Below are positions 1-12,515 of a stretch of DNA of 64,000 bases, piece by piece. A program made the translations under genes and the position numbers. The DNA comes from Phyllosticta citribraziliensis (Eukaryota): the NCBI RefSeq assembly GCF_038025025.1, contig NW_027117349.1, forward strand, positions 186,001 through 250,000, given 5' to 3'. The stretch's first letter is position 1; each line of letters opens with the position of its first letter. The notes below the pieces were generated by a model. That model was not told the origin of the DNA, did not search any database, and was given only the letters and a program-made list of their open reading frames with translations.

Positions 1-6
1 CGAGAG

Positions 7-279
7 CTGCAGCGGATGGCAGATGGCGGATGGCGGTCGGGTCCAGGTCCAGGTCCAGGTCCGGGCAGGGTTGCGGTTGCGGTTGCGGTCCTACCTACCT
101 GAAGGCTCCCGGTCGGCCACAAAAGTCGTGGCCGGAGGATCAGTGTCTCCGAATAGGGAGCATTCATACGCTGTGGCGGCAGCTGATGGGGAGCCTTCGT
201 ATGCAATGACAGCGACTGAAGGCAGTGATTCGGAAGTTGCGTGCGCCACGACTTTTGCGACCAGGAAGCCTCGGTCCAT
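7..279 (-). CDS. Possible first exon of a gene running off the left edge, unknown product
   Basis: ATG at 279 opens 60 codons, followed by a GTAGGT donor at 98 and a CAG acceptor at 7. No clear branch point. Divergent from the MFS gene. Confidence 0.25.
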
Positions 280-781
280 GATTTAGGTTTCGGCCCGTCC
301 TGCCTTCGGTTCCTTGTCTCCACTTTTACCCCACGGCTTGGCCAGACAAGCTCATCTTGTCTGCATCCCAACGGTACCGTTTTTCTTCAACACCATACCG
401 CACGATACCGCACCACCGTGACCTTGCCAGAATTCCGCTGTCTTGAAAGAATCCAATGTCCACAATTGCGCCATCCTAATCCATCAAACCAAACCAATCA
501 CTAGCTGCATACATACCCGTCACTGTCATCCATGACCTTGTCTCCCGCCGCCTCACCGCCTGCATGGCCAGCCACGGCCGTCCTGACTGGCTCTCATCCT
601 GGGAGCCGGTCTCTCGAGCTTGCCCGAGTGTGGTCAGCGGCGGCCAGCATCGTGCGGGGGATTGCCAAGCCAGAGTACAAGATACCATCGCCATTCTCGA
701 GCCAGATAAAGCGTGCTGCTTGTCGGCGTCTGACCAGATTCTGTGATCCGGTACTCCTCATTTCCCTCATCTTTGTTCAAC

Positions 782-2627
782 ATGACGCCCGACGCCGCGT
801 ATGAACGCTTCCAAGACCCTGAAAAGACCCCTCAACATGGAGAACACATTGAACATGGAGACCACATTCAACAGGGAGACCACAGTCAACATGGAGACCA
901 CATTGAAAAAACAATCTCCTCATGGCTCGATGGACCAGGCATTGACCCTGAGCTCGACAAACGGATAACGAAAAAATTCGACCGTCACATTGTCCCCTGG
1001 CTGTTCGTCTTGTGGCTCCTTGCCTTCATTGACCGAAGCAACATTGGAAACGCAAGAATTGATGGGCTTACCGAAGACCTTCACCTTGACTCGGACAAGT
1101 TCAACATTGCACTAGCCATCTTTTACGTCCCTTACGTCTGCTACGACGTACCCAGCAACCTCGTGCTTAAGTACTTCAAGGCAGGCTACTATCTGCCCTT
1201 CCTAGTTGGTGCATGGGGTATTATATGCACGTGCACTGGCTTCGTCAAGTCCTACGCTGGGCTTCTGGTCGTGAGGTTCTTCCTCGGACTGGCTGAAGCC
1301 GGAATTCTTGGAGGAATGATCATATACCTCGCCATGTTCTACCGACGTCACCAGTTACTATACCGCATCGGCCTCTTCTACTGTGCCGCCCCCCTGAGCG
1401 GCGCCTTTGGTGGTCTACTGGCCACTGGGCTTGCGAGAATCCACACGCCAGGCTACAACGGTTGGCCGTTTATCTTCTTTGTCGAGGTGCGTCTGACCAG
1501 GGAGCATTCGTCCCGTCCTCCAATTGAATTCATCAACTAACTTTCAAAGGGTGCCATCACGGTCATGGTCGCCTGTGTCACCGTCTTCTTCCTACCGCAC
1601 ACTCCAAGTGACGCCAAATTCTTGACGGAAGAAGAACGCGATGCCGCAATCGCCCGCATGCGCCTCGACTCGCACGGCGCAACACAGTCAGGAGACGTCG
1701 AGTCTGAGACCTTCAGTTGGTTCTGGGTCAGACGTGCCATTCTGAACTGGCAGACCATCTTTCTCTCACTCAACTTCTTCGCCATCATCACCCCCATCTA
1801 CTCGTTTTCTCTCTTCCTCCCAACCATCATCAAGACGCTGGGCTACACATCGGTCAAGGCGCAGCTCTTCACCGTCCCTCCCAACATCGGCGGCTTCTTT
1901 AATGTGCTCCTCGTCGGGCACTACTCCGACAAGCTCAAAGTGCGCGGGCCCTTCATGATCGGCCTCGCCCTCCTCGCCATCATTGGCTATATTATGCAGA
2001 TTGCGAGCGAGAAGCCACTGACCCGGTACGGCGGCACCTTTTTCGTCGCGGCAGGAGTGTTCCCCTGCGGCCCGCTCGTCATGGGATGGCTCGCAAACAA
2101 CCTGGCGCCGCATTTTGTGCGGGCCACGGGCACTGGCTTCCAGATCATGATTGCCAACATGGCAGCCTTCATCGCGACCTTCACCTATCTGCAAAAAGAC
2201 GCGTTAGTCTCCCCACCCCCTTCCTCCACAGTGGGTTTCGATGGGAATGAGATCTCCTGGCAATATGAGTGCGTCTACGGAGCGTTCATTCGCTGCTATA
2301 GCTGCACTTAAGGAGCATCAAAGCAATCGTTCATTGCTGCAGCTAGGCCCACGGAGTCTCATTTCTTTCGACACCCACTGTGCCCCTGTACCCATCCACC
2401 ACCCAACCCAATATACTCATAACTTGACAAACAGGCCACGCTACACCGCCGGCCACGCCATCAACATCGGCGTCCTCTGCATGTCGCTCGCCCTGAGCAC
2501 GATAAACGTCATCTACTGCAGCGTCGAGAACAAGAAGCGTGCGCGCGGCGCCCGCGACTACCGCCTGCAAGAGGGCGACGAGGGCATGCTTGGCTACCGC
2601 CATCCGTCGTTCAAGTACACCATTTAG
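782..2627 (+). CDS. MFS transporter, anion:cation symporter / allantoate-nicotinate permease family (3 exons: 782-1486, 1550-2202, 2435-2627)
   Basis: Motifs FDRHIVP, LAFIDRSNIGNARIDGL, RFFLGLAEAG, GAFGGLLA, WPFIFFVEG, WLANN and C-terminal GYRHPSFKYTI. GT-AG introns 1487-1549 and 2203-2434 join the ORFs in frame. Confidence 0.92.
833..904 (+). repeat. Four tandem 18-nt units encoding (Q/E)(H/Q)G(E/D)H(I/S) in the MFS N-terminus
   Basis: caacatggagaacacatt gaacatggagaccacatt caacagggagaccacagt caacatggagaccacatt. Confidence 0.9.
2229..2380. mobile_element. MITE-like element with ~30-bp imperfect terminal inverted repeats (CAGTGGG termini, Tc1/mariner-like) inside MFS intron 2
   Basis: Left arm CAGTGGGTTTCGATGGGAATGAGATCTCCTGG versus reverse complement of the right arm CAGTGGGTGTCGAAAGAAATGAGACTCCGTGG. 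The element explains the oversized 232-nt intron. Confidence 0.65.
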
Positions 2628-3079
2628 GCGTCATCTTTGGGCCATGAGTTCAGGGAGCATTCGTTCAGAACCTCAGCCATACGCAGGGAGCGTTTGTTTC
2701 CTACCCCGGCTGCACGTAGGAAGCTTTCAGTCTAGCATAGCGTAGCAAAGCGTAGGAGCCTTTCCCGTCATTTTGGGTGTCCGCGTTTTTTGATAGCTTT
2801 ACCCCGTATGTAGATGGTGTATAGCGACAGAGTTGGCTAATTCCATCCCCCTCCCCCTCTCCCTAACGTCACTACCAAACCCACTTTCCGAAAATTCCAA
2901 CTCTACTACTGCTTAGTCGGCACCGACCACCCTGGCTCTCCTCCACATTTCTACGGCGATAAATGCTCAGAATGGGTCTTTTCTTGGGGGAGTCTTGGCT
3001 GACTATACGCACGTAGAGGGCGCACACCTTTGGTGTTCTACAAAGGATGATTCGTAGTGGTTTTGGCGGAAGTCATGAT

Positions 3080-3115
3080 GGGAGGGAGGGAGGGAGGGGT
3101 GGGGGGTGGGGAGGG
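3080..3115 (+). repeat. G-tract array, potential G-quadruplex
   Basis: (GGGA)3-GGGG-T-GGGGGG-T-GGGG-A-GGG. Confidence 0.6.
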
Positions 3116-3896
3116 CGGCGGCACAGTGTTAGCCAGCCCTTATAGCGACTAAGGATGGTGTGCGTAGAGAGAGTAATATCATGTGCTGATATTTGGGCTT
3201 GCAATGTGTAGGACAGTTATTTGGCGCAAGTAATTGCGCGGGCCCGCCTTCTTCTTGCCCAATAAATGTTCCACTCAATGTTACTGTGCAAACAACTGGC
3301 GAATTGGCGTTTGGATGCTCCCTCCACGCGGAACAACAGGTTTGCACAGTCTGAACAGTAACAGAAGGGTAAGATGGATATATGGACGCCATGCAGCGTA
3401 TTCACCCAACGCATCAACTACTGCCTCCACCTATCAAGCCGTCACATAGACACCCAACCCCCACGCAAGCCATCCATCTCAAACCAAACGAACCGGAGCC
3501 TCCAAACCAAAAGATCCATCCATGCCACGCGCCAGCCGCGAGGACTCTGACGACCATGACAGCCCGGCCGAGAACGCCACGAAGAAAACCCAGAATACCT
3601 GCTCGAAGTCTTTTGGCCCCATGCAATGGGGCAGGAGAAGCAATGTATGTAAAACCCCTTACCCAGCCCAAACGCCATTGTCGCCGGAGAACGGCTAAGT
3701 TGCCGGAGAACGGCTAAGAAATGGAACTCAAAAAGGGGAAGAATCCACGAAAAGAGGAAAAGTGTGGTATACAACCCACCCTCTCACCCTGTGCCGACCA
3801 AAGCCTCTCAGCGCACCGTCTCATCATCATCCGCAACGAATGCTCCCCCGCGCGCACAGTGCAGCCAATCGAGAATGTACGTATGCAGGTAGCGCC

Positions 3897-6808
3897 TCAC
3901 ATGACAGCGCATTCCCTCTCCGGCGGCTTCTTCTTCTTTTTTGACGGCACTGTCTCGCCGTCGCCGCCAGCGCCGAGCTCCCGGCCCTTGCCCTTATCCG
4001 TGTATTTTGTCCTGCTCGTGCCGTCCTCGCCCAACGGTACGCTGCTGCTCCGGCGCGACCGTGAAGCCTTCCACCGACCCATGCCCATGGCGCCTACGAC
4101 AGTCGAGCTCTTGCGCATCTCGGGTGCTCCGGGGGTGGATGGGGCGGGCGAGGAGGCGGGCGGTGGCGCTTCGACCAGCACGCGTGGATTGGTTGGATCT
4201 TCGGCGACATTCTCGTCGAGCACGGCGAATTCTGAGTGGCGTGGCGTTTGCGGCTCGTCGACGCTGGCCGCTCCGCTGTTGTTGATGCTGTTGCAGACGG
4301 CGACATCTAGGGGGAGCTTGTCTCGCGACTTGCGGCCTGTCAGGCGAGACATGGTAATGGAGAGGCGACCCTCGCCGCTCTGGCTCGAGGGTCGACTTTT
4401 GCTGCCATTTTTCTTGGCTTTGCTGCTCCGTCTCGAAGATGATAGAAAACTGGGTTTGGACTCGTCGGCCGGCGTGGAGGGACCCGTCGGACCGCGGCTG
4501 AGGCTGGCCTCGTCAAAGACAATGCTATTGCGGCTGGTGGAGTTGAAGCTGCTGCGCCCTCGAGGCCCGTTGTCATCTGGGTTTATGAGCTCTTGGCTCG
4601 CACCGAGAGTTTGGCCTTCTGACGCGTCGAAACTTGGACGGCTCGTCTCCCAGTCTGAAGTATCGATTACGAGGTCTCCCTTTTCATTCAGGAATGTGTC
4701 ATCGGCCGTGGTCGCTTCCGAGTTGGCTTCTTCGTATGTGGGCGGGTCGCCCCGAGCAAGTTCCTCGTCGATCGGGCAGACCTGGTAGAAGAGGAGGTAC
4801 GGCGTCTCCTCCCTCAAAGCTTGATGGATGTCGACATGAGTGACGCGATCTTTTGCCAGGTCATCGAACCGCATCCAAGGGCTTTCATCGTCAATGGTGT
4901 GATTGATGTCGTGGCTACCTGAAGCCTCGCGGCCGCGTACGAGAGAAATGTAATGGCCCGAATCGACAGAGACGCCGCGGTGGCAGACGACGGACTGGAG
5001 CACAAGCTGGAAGTTGCCAAACAAGGGTCCCTCTTCGTGCAGTCGGTCGTCTGAAATAAAGTGCGGTAGCGCAATCTCTAGTGGAATATCAATGTAGGTG
5101 CCCCGTCGCACGGGTTGACCATTTGGTGTCATTGAATATCTCTTGAGGCATATCCCCAATATGGGCCTCTTGGCGGCAAAGTGAGCAGCTACTTGAGCAT
5201 CGTTTGCTGGAGCATTGTCCGTGTACCATGCTGCGACGGGTTAGATACAAACGACAGGTGGAAAACTCTCCACTTACGTATCAAGCTGAAAAACTGCCAT
5301 GCAGGCATCGTAATCTCCTTCTTCAGAGAACCAGCTCTGGAACGCCCCTGAGTCTCTGTCCTCCTAAAAGATGGTTCTCCTTCTTCGACATGTCGTTCGC
5401 TGAAAATGCTGTCTGTTCGATTGCGATAATTAACAGGACGATCCGGTAGTGCGGGATTGTTGGGGTCAGTACTGTAAGTTGGAGCCGCAGTAGATGGTGA
5501 TTCTGCGCCAGAAACCTCGACGGCCTCGACATGGACAGCTGAGGACTTTTCTGACTTGTCGTCTTTTGGACCGTCCCGCAGCGATTGTGTCGTGGCCTGT
5601 CTTTCCAAATGTCTTCTGACTTCAATCCGGTTGTTGAAGTACACTTCGAGACATTCTTCCAGCTTGATAGGCTCTTCGGCTTGTGGGTCCTCTTCGGGAA
5701 TGGCGACCTCGAGCAGTCTCTCATTCACAAATCGGTGGTCATCCGCGACGTCCTCTTTGCCCGTGTGGTAAATGTCCATCTTCAGGGTCAAAAGCGGCAG
5801 TTCCAGCTGTCCAGTGATGAAGGTAAAGGCCTCGGATGCATCTTGCTGGACAAGTTGCGCAGCTTCCTCCCATCCACATTTGCTCAGGGCTTCTTGAAGA
5901 TGTTTTGTCTACGAGGCGGCGTCAGTCTGAGTGTTTGTATTTGTGCTTGCACATCATTCGATGTCATGCGAAGAAGGACTTACAACGTCGGTTGTGACGA
6001 GTTTGCCAGCACGCAACAAATTGACCCACAATCGCAAGACTGTGGCCAACCTTCGCCGTGGCTCGTCGGTAAAAGAATCAAATAACATGGCCTCGAAGCA
6101 GTCCAGCCTGGCGAACATGGCAAACAGGAGCGCATCCAAATAACATGTGACGGCGTTCCTGTTCTCCGCGCCAAGGAGCTTCAATTTCGGGTTGTAGTCT
6201 CTAAGTATGCCTTCAAGGGAATCTTGAAAGAGAACGAGCAGTTCAAAGGTTTCTTTCATGTCGCCATTGGTGATTTTGGATCGTAAGGCATAGGTGATCT
6301 GCGAATCCTTGAGGGCCGTGATGCCGTAGGTTTGCAGTCGCTGGGCAATGAGTTTAACCTGCCTAAGGTCAGCCTGCCGGACTAGCTCCCAGGCCGTGCG
6401 TCAACTAACCTTCTTTTCTTCTTCCTTGTCGGGCTTTTTGTCGTCTTCGACAGAGAAGATGTTGTACAAGTCGGACGGAACCACCGGCGGCGGCTGCTTG
6501 CTCGAGTCAGTTTGTTCCATCGAGGGCATCGTGGTGGGGCTGGAGGGCGCGTTCCCCGGAGAAGAGAGCCGCCTGCGCTTGGAGATCTCGTCCTCATTCT
6601 GGGCCGGAGGGCCGCTGAAGAAGAGTGACGAGACCCTTACGAGCATGCGGCGTCTGCCCCACGGACAGGCACCATCTTGCGCGGCCTTACTGACCTCCTC
6701 GACATTGTTGAGGCTCTTGCGCTTGTCACCGCTGGAGCGCTTTCCTCGTCTGCTTAAGAAGCGCGACATTCCCTCTCTGAAGGTATCTCCAGCGCTCTTC
6801 GAAGACAT
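3897..6808 (-). CDS. Ubiquitin C-terminal hydrolase (USP / peptidase C19), multi-exon. Start at 6808 or 6769.
   Basis: Cys box ENRNAVTCYLDALLFAMF, QQDASEAF, His box SVVCHRGVSVDSGHYISLVR, WMRFDD, PYLLFY. Introns near 6360-6410, 5905-5985 and 5230-5277. Ends in a CaaX-like ECAVM. Confidence 0.88.
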
Positions 6809-7203
6809 CCATGAAGTTGTGTAGGTGGACAGAGTCGGCAGACGGTGGTTGGCTGAGGATGGAGAGCAGTGTGGGGAAGGCAACGGTGGAATGACTATCA
6901 GTGCGTCTCGGATTCGGATTCAGCGCCGCAGGGGGGAGCTGTACGGAGCCGGAGCGGCGCAGCAGTCCGAGAGGAGGAGAATGGTAAACCGGCGGTCTAA
7001 GGTGGGAAAAGGAGGACCCAAGAGATGGGGGACCAAGCAATTAATTGTTGCAGCAGGAAGCGGAGCTGGGCTGTCATTGAGCGGCGATCGTCAGCACCAC
7101 CTGAGTCAAAGCTTGGCGCTACTGCTGCCGTCTTCAATTGGCCTGTGCGCTGACTTTTCCAAGAGCCGCAACACCACGCCCCGTTGGCCGCTCCATCACC
7201 ACC

Positions 7204-8379
7204 ATGGCCCTCCGTGAGTTCGGTGCCCGATTGGGCTCAGCCTTCCGGACAGACCTGAGGCCATGCCTCCGCGCGACCAACCCCTCAACACGCCGTTTCC
7301 AGTCTTCCCAGGCCGTCGCGGATCCCACCGCAGACCTCGAGCACGACGCCTTCTACTCCGCTTCGCAGCAGGACTCAGAGCTGCTCTCCAGATGGAACCC
7401 TGCCGATCGGGTCATTACAGGCAGAAGACGGCAATTGCCTGCTAGCAGGTACGGACATCGCCCATTGACTTGCCACTTATCACTTGTAGAAGGAGCTAAC
7501 ATTCAAAATCCAGGTACAAGTTCCGTCCACCAAAGTACTTCCGCGGTCGTCTCCACCCCATCCAGCCGCCTCCCGCATCAGACCCGGCGTCTCGCGAGTT
7601 CATCCCCGGGCCATTCTCTCTCACGCGCCTCGAGCAGACCTACGAAAGCACCATTGCCCCCGACTTCATGGCCTTGGCCTACCAACACGTGCCTCCGGGA
7701 TTCGAAAAGCCAGCCAGGGGACCGCGTTTGCGGCCATGGGAGGGCGAGTCGCCATACCTCAAGAATCGTCCGCTCAAGGGACCGCGTGGAGGCTCCGCGT
7801 TGCGCCTGCTGCGCAAGCCAATCAACTTCCGCTACATTCCCAAACTCGAAAAGATTAGCGTCCACGCAATGGTGCCAGAGGCGCAGTCGGAGTCGGCTTA
7901 CTTGCACGTAGGAGGTATGGTCATGCAAGCCATCACGGGCAAGAAGCCGGACACGCGCAAGGCCAGGAAGAGCGTCATGCAATGGGGCCTCCGCAAGGGC
8001 AGGTGGGTCTCGTTGGCTGTGGACCTCACGGGCGAGGATATGTACCACTTCCTCAGCAAGACTCTGGATCTGGTACTGCCAAAGATCAGGGACTTCCCGG
8101 GTTTCAGCAACACCACTGGCGACGGTAGCGGCAACATCTCCTTTGGTTTTGGGCCAAATGTCACTGCCATGTTCCCAGAAGTCGAAATTAACTACGACAT
8201 GTGAGTAGACACAATGAGTATGCTGTGCAGGCATAGCTAATAGTTTCCACAGGTATCCCGCCAAGATGATTCCGGGATTGCACATCCATCTCAACACCAC
8301 GGCAAGGACAGACAGAGAAGGAAAGATCTTGGCCGGCGCTTTGGGCGTTCCCCTTGTCAAGCTTCCGGAGAAGAAATAA
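7204..8379 (+). CDS. MRPL7: Mitochondrial ribosomal protein uL5m (3 exons)
   Basis: Arg-rich presequence, IPKLEKISVH, WGLRKG, GDGSGNISFG, FPEVEINYDMYP. Introns at about 7449-7512 and 8201-8252. Confidence 0.9.
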
Positions 8380-8642
8380 TGAGCAGCGAAAATCTGTAAC
8401 ATACAGCAAGACCTTTTACATTTCCAAAATCCGATTTCTTTGCGCCGGTTTCTTTCTTGCCAGGTCACGGTTCTCTCGGCGCTTTGGGGCCTACAACACT
8501 TCTGCAACACCAACGTCATGCGCGTTAGACAACTCAGACTTCAACCACAAAGGCATGTCTGGAACCACTGTCATACTGACGAATATGCTTTTCCAGTTAG
8601 ACAACTCGATTTTGAATAAAATCCGATCCGCCCACCCACCCC

Positions 8643-11600
8643 CTACGCACTTCCCCCAGCTCCACCTTCTTGCCATAGATACTCGCTCAACTGCAGCAGC
8701 GCATCATTCAGAGCCGTCTTCGCCTTCATAGCAACCTCCCTCCTTTCACTGGCATTCTCCTCCGAATAGTAGAGCTCAAGCAAGACCTTCAGTTCGTCAT
8801 AGCTAAAGGCGCACTTGCCGCCGTTATCCTTGGACTCCTTGGCGAGCTGGACGACAGCGTTGGGGCCGGCGCCAAACAAGTTGTAGTAGGTAGTGGCGCG
8901 GGTGAGGACGGCGTCGGCCTCGATGTTCTTGAGGTTCTGCTGGAGGACGAGGATGTTGAGAGACATGCGGCCGCTGCCGTTTTCGTTCATACGGCCAATC
9001 TTGGCCGCGTTGCCCACGAGCAGCGTGTCGGCGAGCAGCGCGATGCCGTGCGTGATGAAGCCGTGCTGCGTCGGCTGCAGCTGGCTGGCGACTTCTTCCT
9101 CGACAGCGCTGAGCGACGAGTTGAGCTTGAGAATGTCAGGGTCTGGGTCATGGAAGAGCTGATCCAGCCGGTATGTCGTCGTGAAGCATTGGCTGATGTG
9201 ATACATGGTGTGACAGCGCGTCTCGAGATGTAGACTCTGCAGGATAATTGCGGCGAGCTCGTGGTACGAGTTGACGACGCCATCAAAGGCACTATGATGG
9301 TCAGCGTCTAAGGAGTGCGATCCCGAAAGGTCGACTTACATTGCTGTCTCGTGGTTCAAGGGAAGGAAGATGGGATTGCCATCCCCTCGAGCTTCTGCGG
9401 AGCCTACGTTGGTCCACCGGCGACGGTGCTGCCCACGACCGCCGTCTGGGCGAGAAGAGTCGGTCGCTCGCTCGCTAATGTGACGCAACCCCTGAATCTT
9501 GCTGGCAAGCCATTTCTAAATCGAGTCAATCGTGAACACTTCGATGGAGTGAGACTACTTACCATGCTTGTAAAAAGCAGACACAATGCCGCAATGCTCT
9601 TGCGATCCGTAAGCAGGTCAGGTTCCTTGAGCGAGTCCGGCTTGGATGTCGACAACAGCAGCTTTGTTGCTTCACCCAGGAGACTTTCGCGGTTGGTATC
9701 GTCCGCATTCATCAACGCGAGGAGCGCCTTCGAAATTTCTGGAATCTCCACCAGTGCCGCCGATGCTTTGAGGAGGCTCCCTGAGCCATCCTTGGACCTT
9801 GCGCGCGACACTAGAGATTTGTACCACTGGTAGCACTTGTCGTAATAGGTGACCATTTGGGTAATTATTAGCTGGCTGAATGACTGATCGTGGGGAAGAT
9901 TATCAAGCATTTTGCAAAAGGCGGTAATTAGAGAATAGAACTTGGTTGTTCCCTTGAAGATGGGCTTCTTGGAGTGGACCTGCCACTGCGGATCTTCTTG
10001 GAAAGTATCGGCCTCCATGAAAGTTTGGGCACAAAGATCGACGAGGGTTTCGTCTAGTTGAGGATGGAAAACGTTGACCAAGAAATCGTCAAGGAAGGAG
10101 GTCAATGTGCTAGTGACGATGTCAGATTTGGGTGGGACGACCTCCTTCAATCGGTTGAGGAAATCTAGTGATGGTGGAAGCAAAACACCCATGTTGAAAA
10201 CACTCGGGTCGACAAGAAGCTTGTGCCCCGTTGCGCTACCATCTTGAGTATGTTGGTTGGCATTGACCGCTGTGCTGATCATGCGCTTGGAGTCCGAGAC
10301 CAAACCAGGCACGGATGACTTTAATATGGCTTCAAGGTCATCGCGCTCCGAAGCCAAGTCTGTTGAGTGAATGTCCACATCCGACAACTTGAACATACGT
10401 CTGGTCCTATCCCTTTGGTTCTTGAAAAAGACACTGTCTCCGTGGGGGTTGTTTGCGTTGGTCCTGTATGCAAGCTCGCTGTCTGTAGAGAGGTAGTCAT
10501 GCAACAGGGAACGGATCTCGCTTTGGTAGAGCTTCCACAGCTCCTTGAAGCTGCCAGTCAGGGTTGCGTCATCGCGCAAGCCATCCCGCTTTGCAATGCC
10601 GGCGCAGACGTCGTGGACGACGCGATGGCTTTCGGCGATAGCCTCGAATCTTGCGTAAAGAGTCCAGAGCAAGTCGTTGAGGAGGGTCGCTTTGGTTTCA
10701 TCGCTTTCGTAAGATCGCACCGCCTTGCCAGAGACCTTGCTGGCGTAGCCGTGGACAAGACTTGGATGTCTTGTGGCAACCTCCGTATTGGACTTTTCTA
10801 CGACTCGGAAAAGCTCGACTGGAAGACGTTGCTCGATCGTGTCAATGGCAATGTCCAAACGGCTCATCTTGTTCAACGCCTCGAGAATGACTTGGATGTA
10901 GTGAAAGGTGTCAGATTCCGGGTTGCGCGAGGCGTCGTCCACCAGCGCTTCTGTTGTGTCCAAGTTGCCGAGGAATTCATACAGGCTCCTGCCACGGGCA
11001 TCTAGCGCTGCAATGGGACCATCTCCGCCTGACTTGTTTTGGGCATATGCTTTCCAGCGGTCTTCGCAGTACGGTGACTTGAGATATAAATGGTTGTGGA
11101 GTTCCTCGATAAGAATGTCGGTAAGCGAGTGTTCTTGGTTGCTGAGGTAGACGCGAAGGTCGGTCAACGCGCCTATATTCTCCATTTCGGATTTCCTAAT
11201 CAGCCTCAGGGCATCTTGTAGAACATCGACAGCCGCAAGAAATCTCTTTTCCGATATCCGCACTTCCAGCCTTTCCGGGACATTTTGTAATTGCTCGATT
11301 GAGCCCAAGACTTGCAGCATCTCATCGTAGCTTTGGGAGGCAGCCGAAAATGCCTTGAGCTCTGGCTTCGCCATGGCCAGCTGCGACTTGGCAGAAACCA
11401 TGGAATCCTTCAAAGTCCTCACTCTTTGCTGGGAATTTTGCAGGCTGTTTTGGATTTTGTGAAATGTACCGATCGAACTGTTGAAGCCTTGGTGGTGCTC
11501 GTTGACAATGGCCTTCAGCGCTGTCTGCAGTTGGGCGTGTGTGTCCTCGAATTCCCCATGGCGGTTCGCGAAGCCGAGGGAACTCGAATCAAGCAGTTTC

Positions 11601-12069
11601 AGGGCCACCTGTACAGGAACGCACTCTTCGTTGGTCATGAAGCTCCATTGTTTTTGTATGTATTCCAGGACATCTTGGACAGTGCTAGTCAGCTTCGATT
11701 TGTGTCTCTCATGTGCGTGCCCACCAAAACCATTCCCTTTCAGAGTATCATTCTAGGCTTTGCCGTGGCCCACTGACCTTCAATCTGCTGACTGGCATCA
11801 CCAGCGGTGCCGTTTGGTCGGGGCCGGCTTCTCGACTTGAATTCGCCGCTTCTCCTGTTGGTCCGACTCCTGTCAGAGCTCGGAGCGCGCGCAGGACGCG
11901 GATCTGGGAATTCTTCTTGCGAGGAGCTGAAGCCACCGTAGCCGCCGGGGCGTCTTTCGCGACCGCTGTCGTAGCCTCGCTGGGAGCGGTCGTCGTCGTA
12001 GCGGCCGTAATAGCCGTTGGCGTAGCCGTTGGCAGCGGAGCGGGCGGATGGCGGGATGCGAGAGGCCAT
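8643..12069 (-). CDS. SEC8: Exocyst subunit Sec8 (multi-exon)
   Basis: CVPVQVALKLLD, IVNEHHQGFNSSIGTF, LIEELHNHLYLKS, NILVLQQNLKNI. Introns near 11680-11776, 9513-9560 and 9292-9339. Confidence 0.92.
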
Positions 12070-12515
12070 GGTGGGATCAACGTCGTGTCGTGGGCATGAG
12101 GGAGGAGCAGCGCATGCTGGGGCGTGAGGTGAGTCTTTGTCGGGGCTATTACAGAAGCAAGCGGGCAGTGTTTCGGCGGACGGGTCTGGTTACAGGGTGT
12201 CTGAGAGCTGGGTTGATGCGGCTCCCTCCCACCCACCGGCAGCCCAGGGCAGCGCACGGGCCGGTCGGGTGCAGCTGGGCGGAGGGCGGCAAAGATCGGC
12301 AAAATTGATCCCCATGTCAAGGTAGCCGTGTTCCTTCCACCTGGCTTCAACACTGGACGCGAACAAAACCACTGGACGAGCTTCCTCAACACCACATCGT
12401 CCTCCCAACCCCATCATCGCCGGCCCGCACTGAGGCTTGCTTCTTGTTTCGCTTCGCCTCTCTCCTTGTTCCTTCTTCCAATCCTCTTGTTTGAGCCCGT
12501 CGGCGAACCGTCAAC

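Noticed and set aside
41..88. (GTCCAG)n and (TTGCGG)n repeats, also (GGGCGA)n at about 23008 and (GTGCCA)n at about 59314
   Set aside because: Ordinary microsatellites with no spacers. Not CRISPR-like.
2203..2434. Possible TPP riboswitch in a long transporter intron
   Set aside because: Lacks the TPP aptamer core (CTGAGA ... TGAT ... TAATRCCAGCG). The inverted repeats explain the length better.
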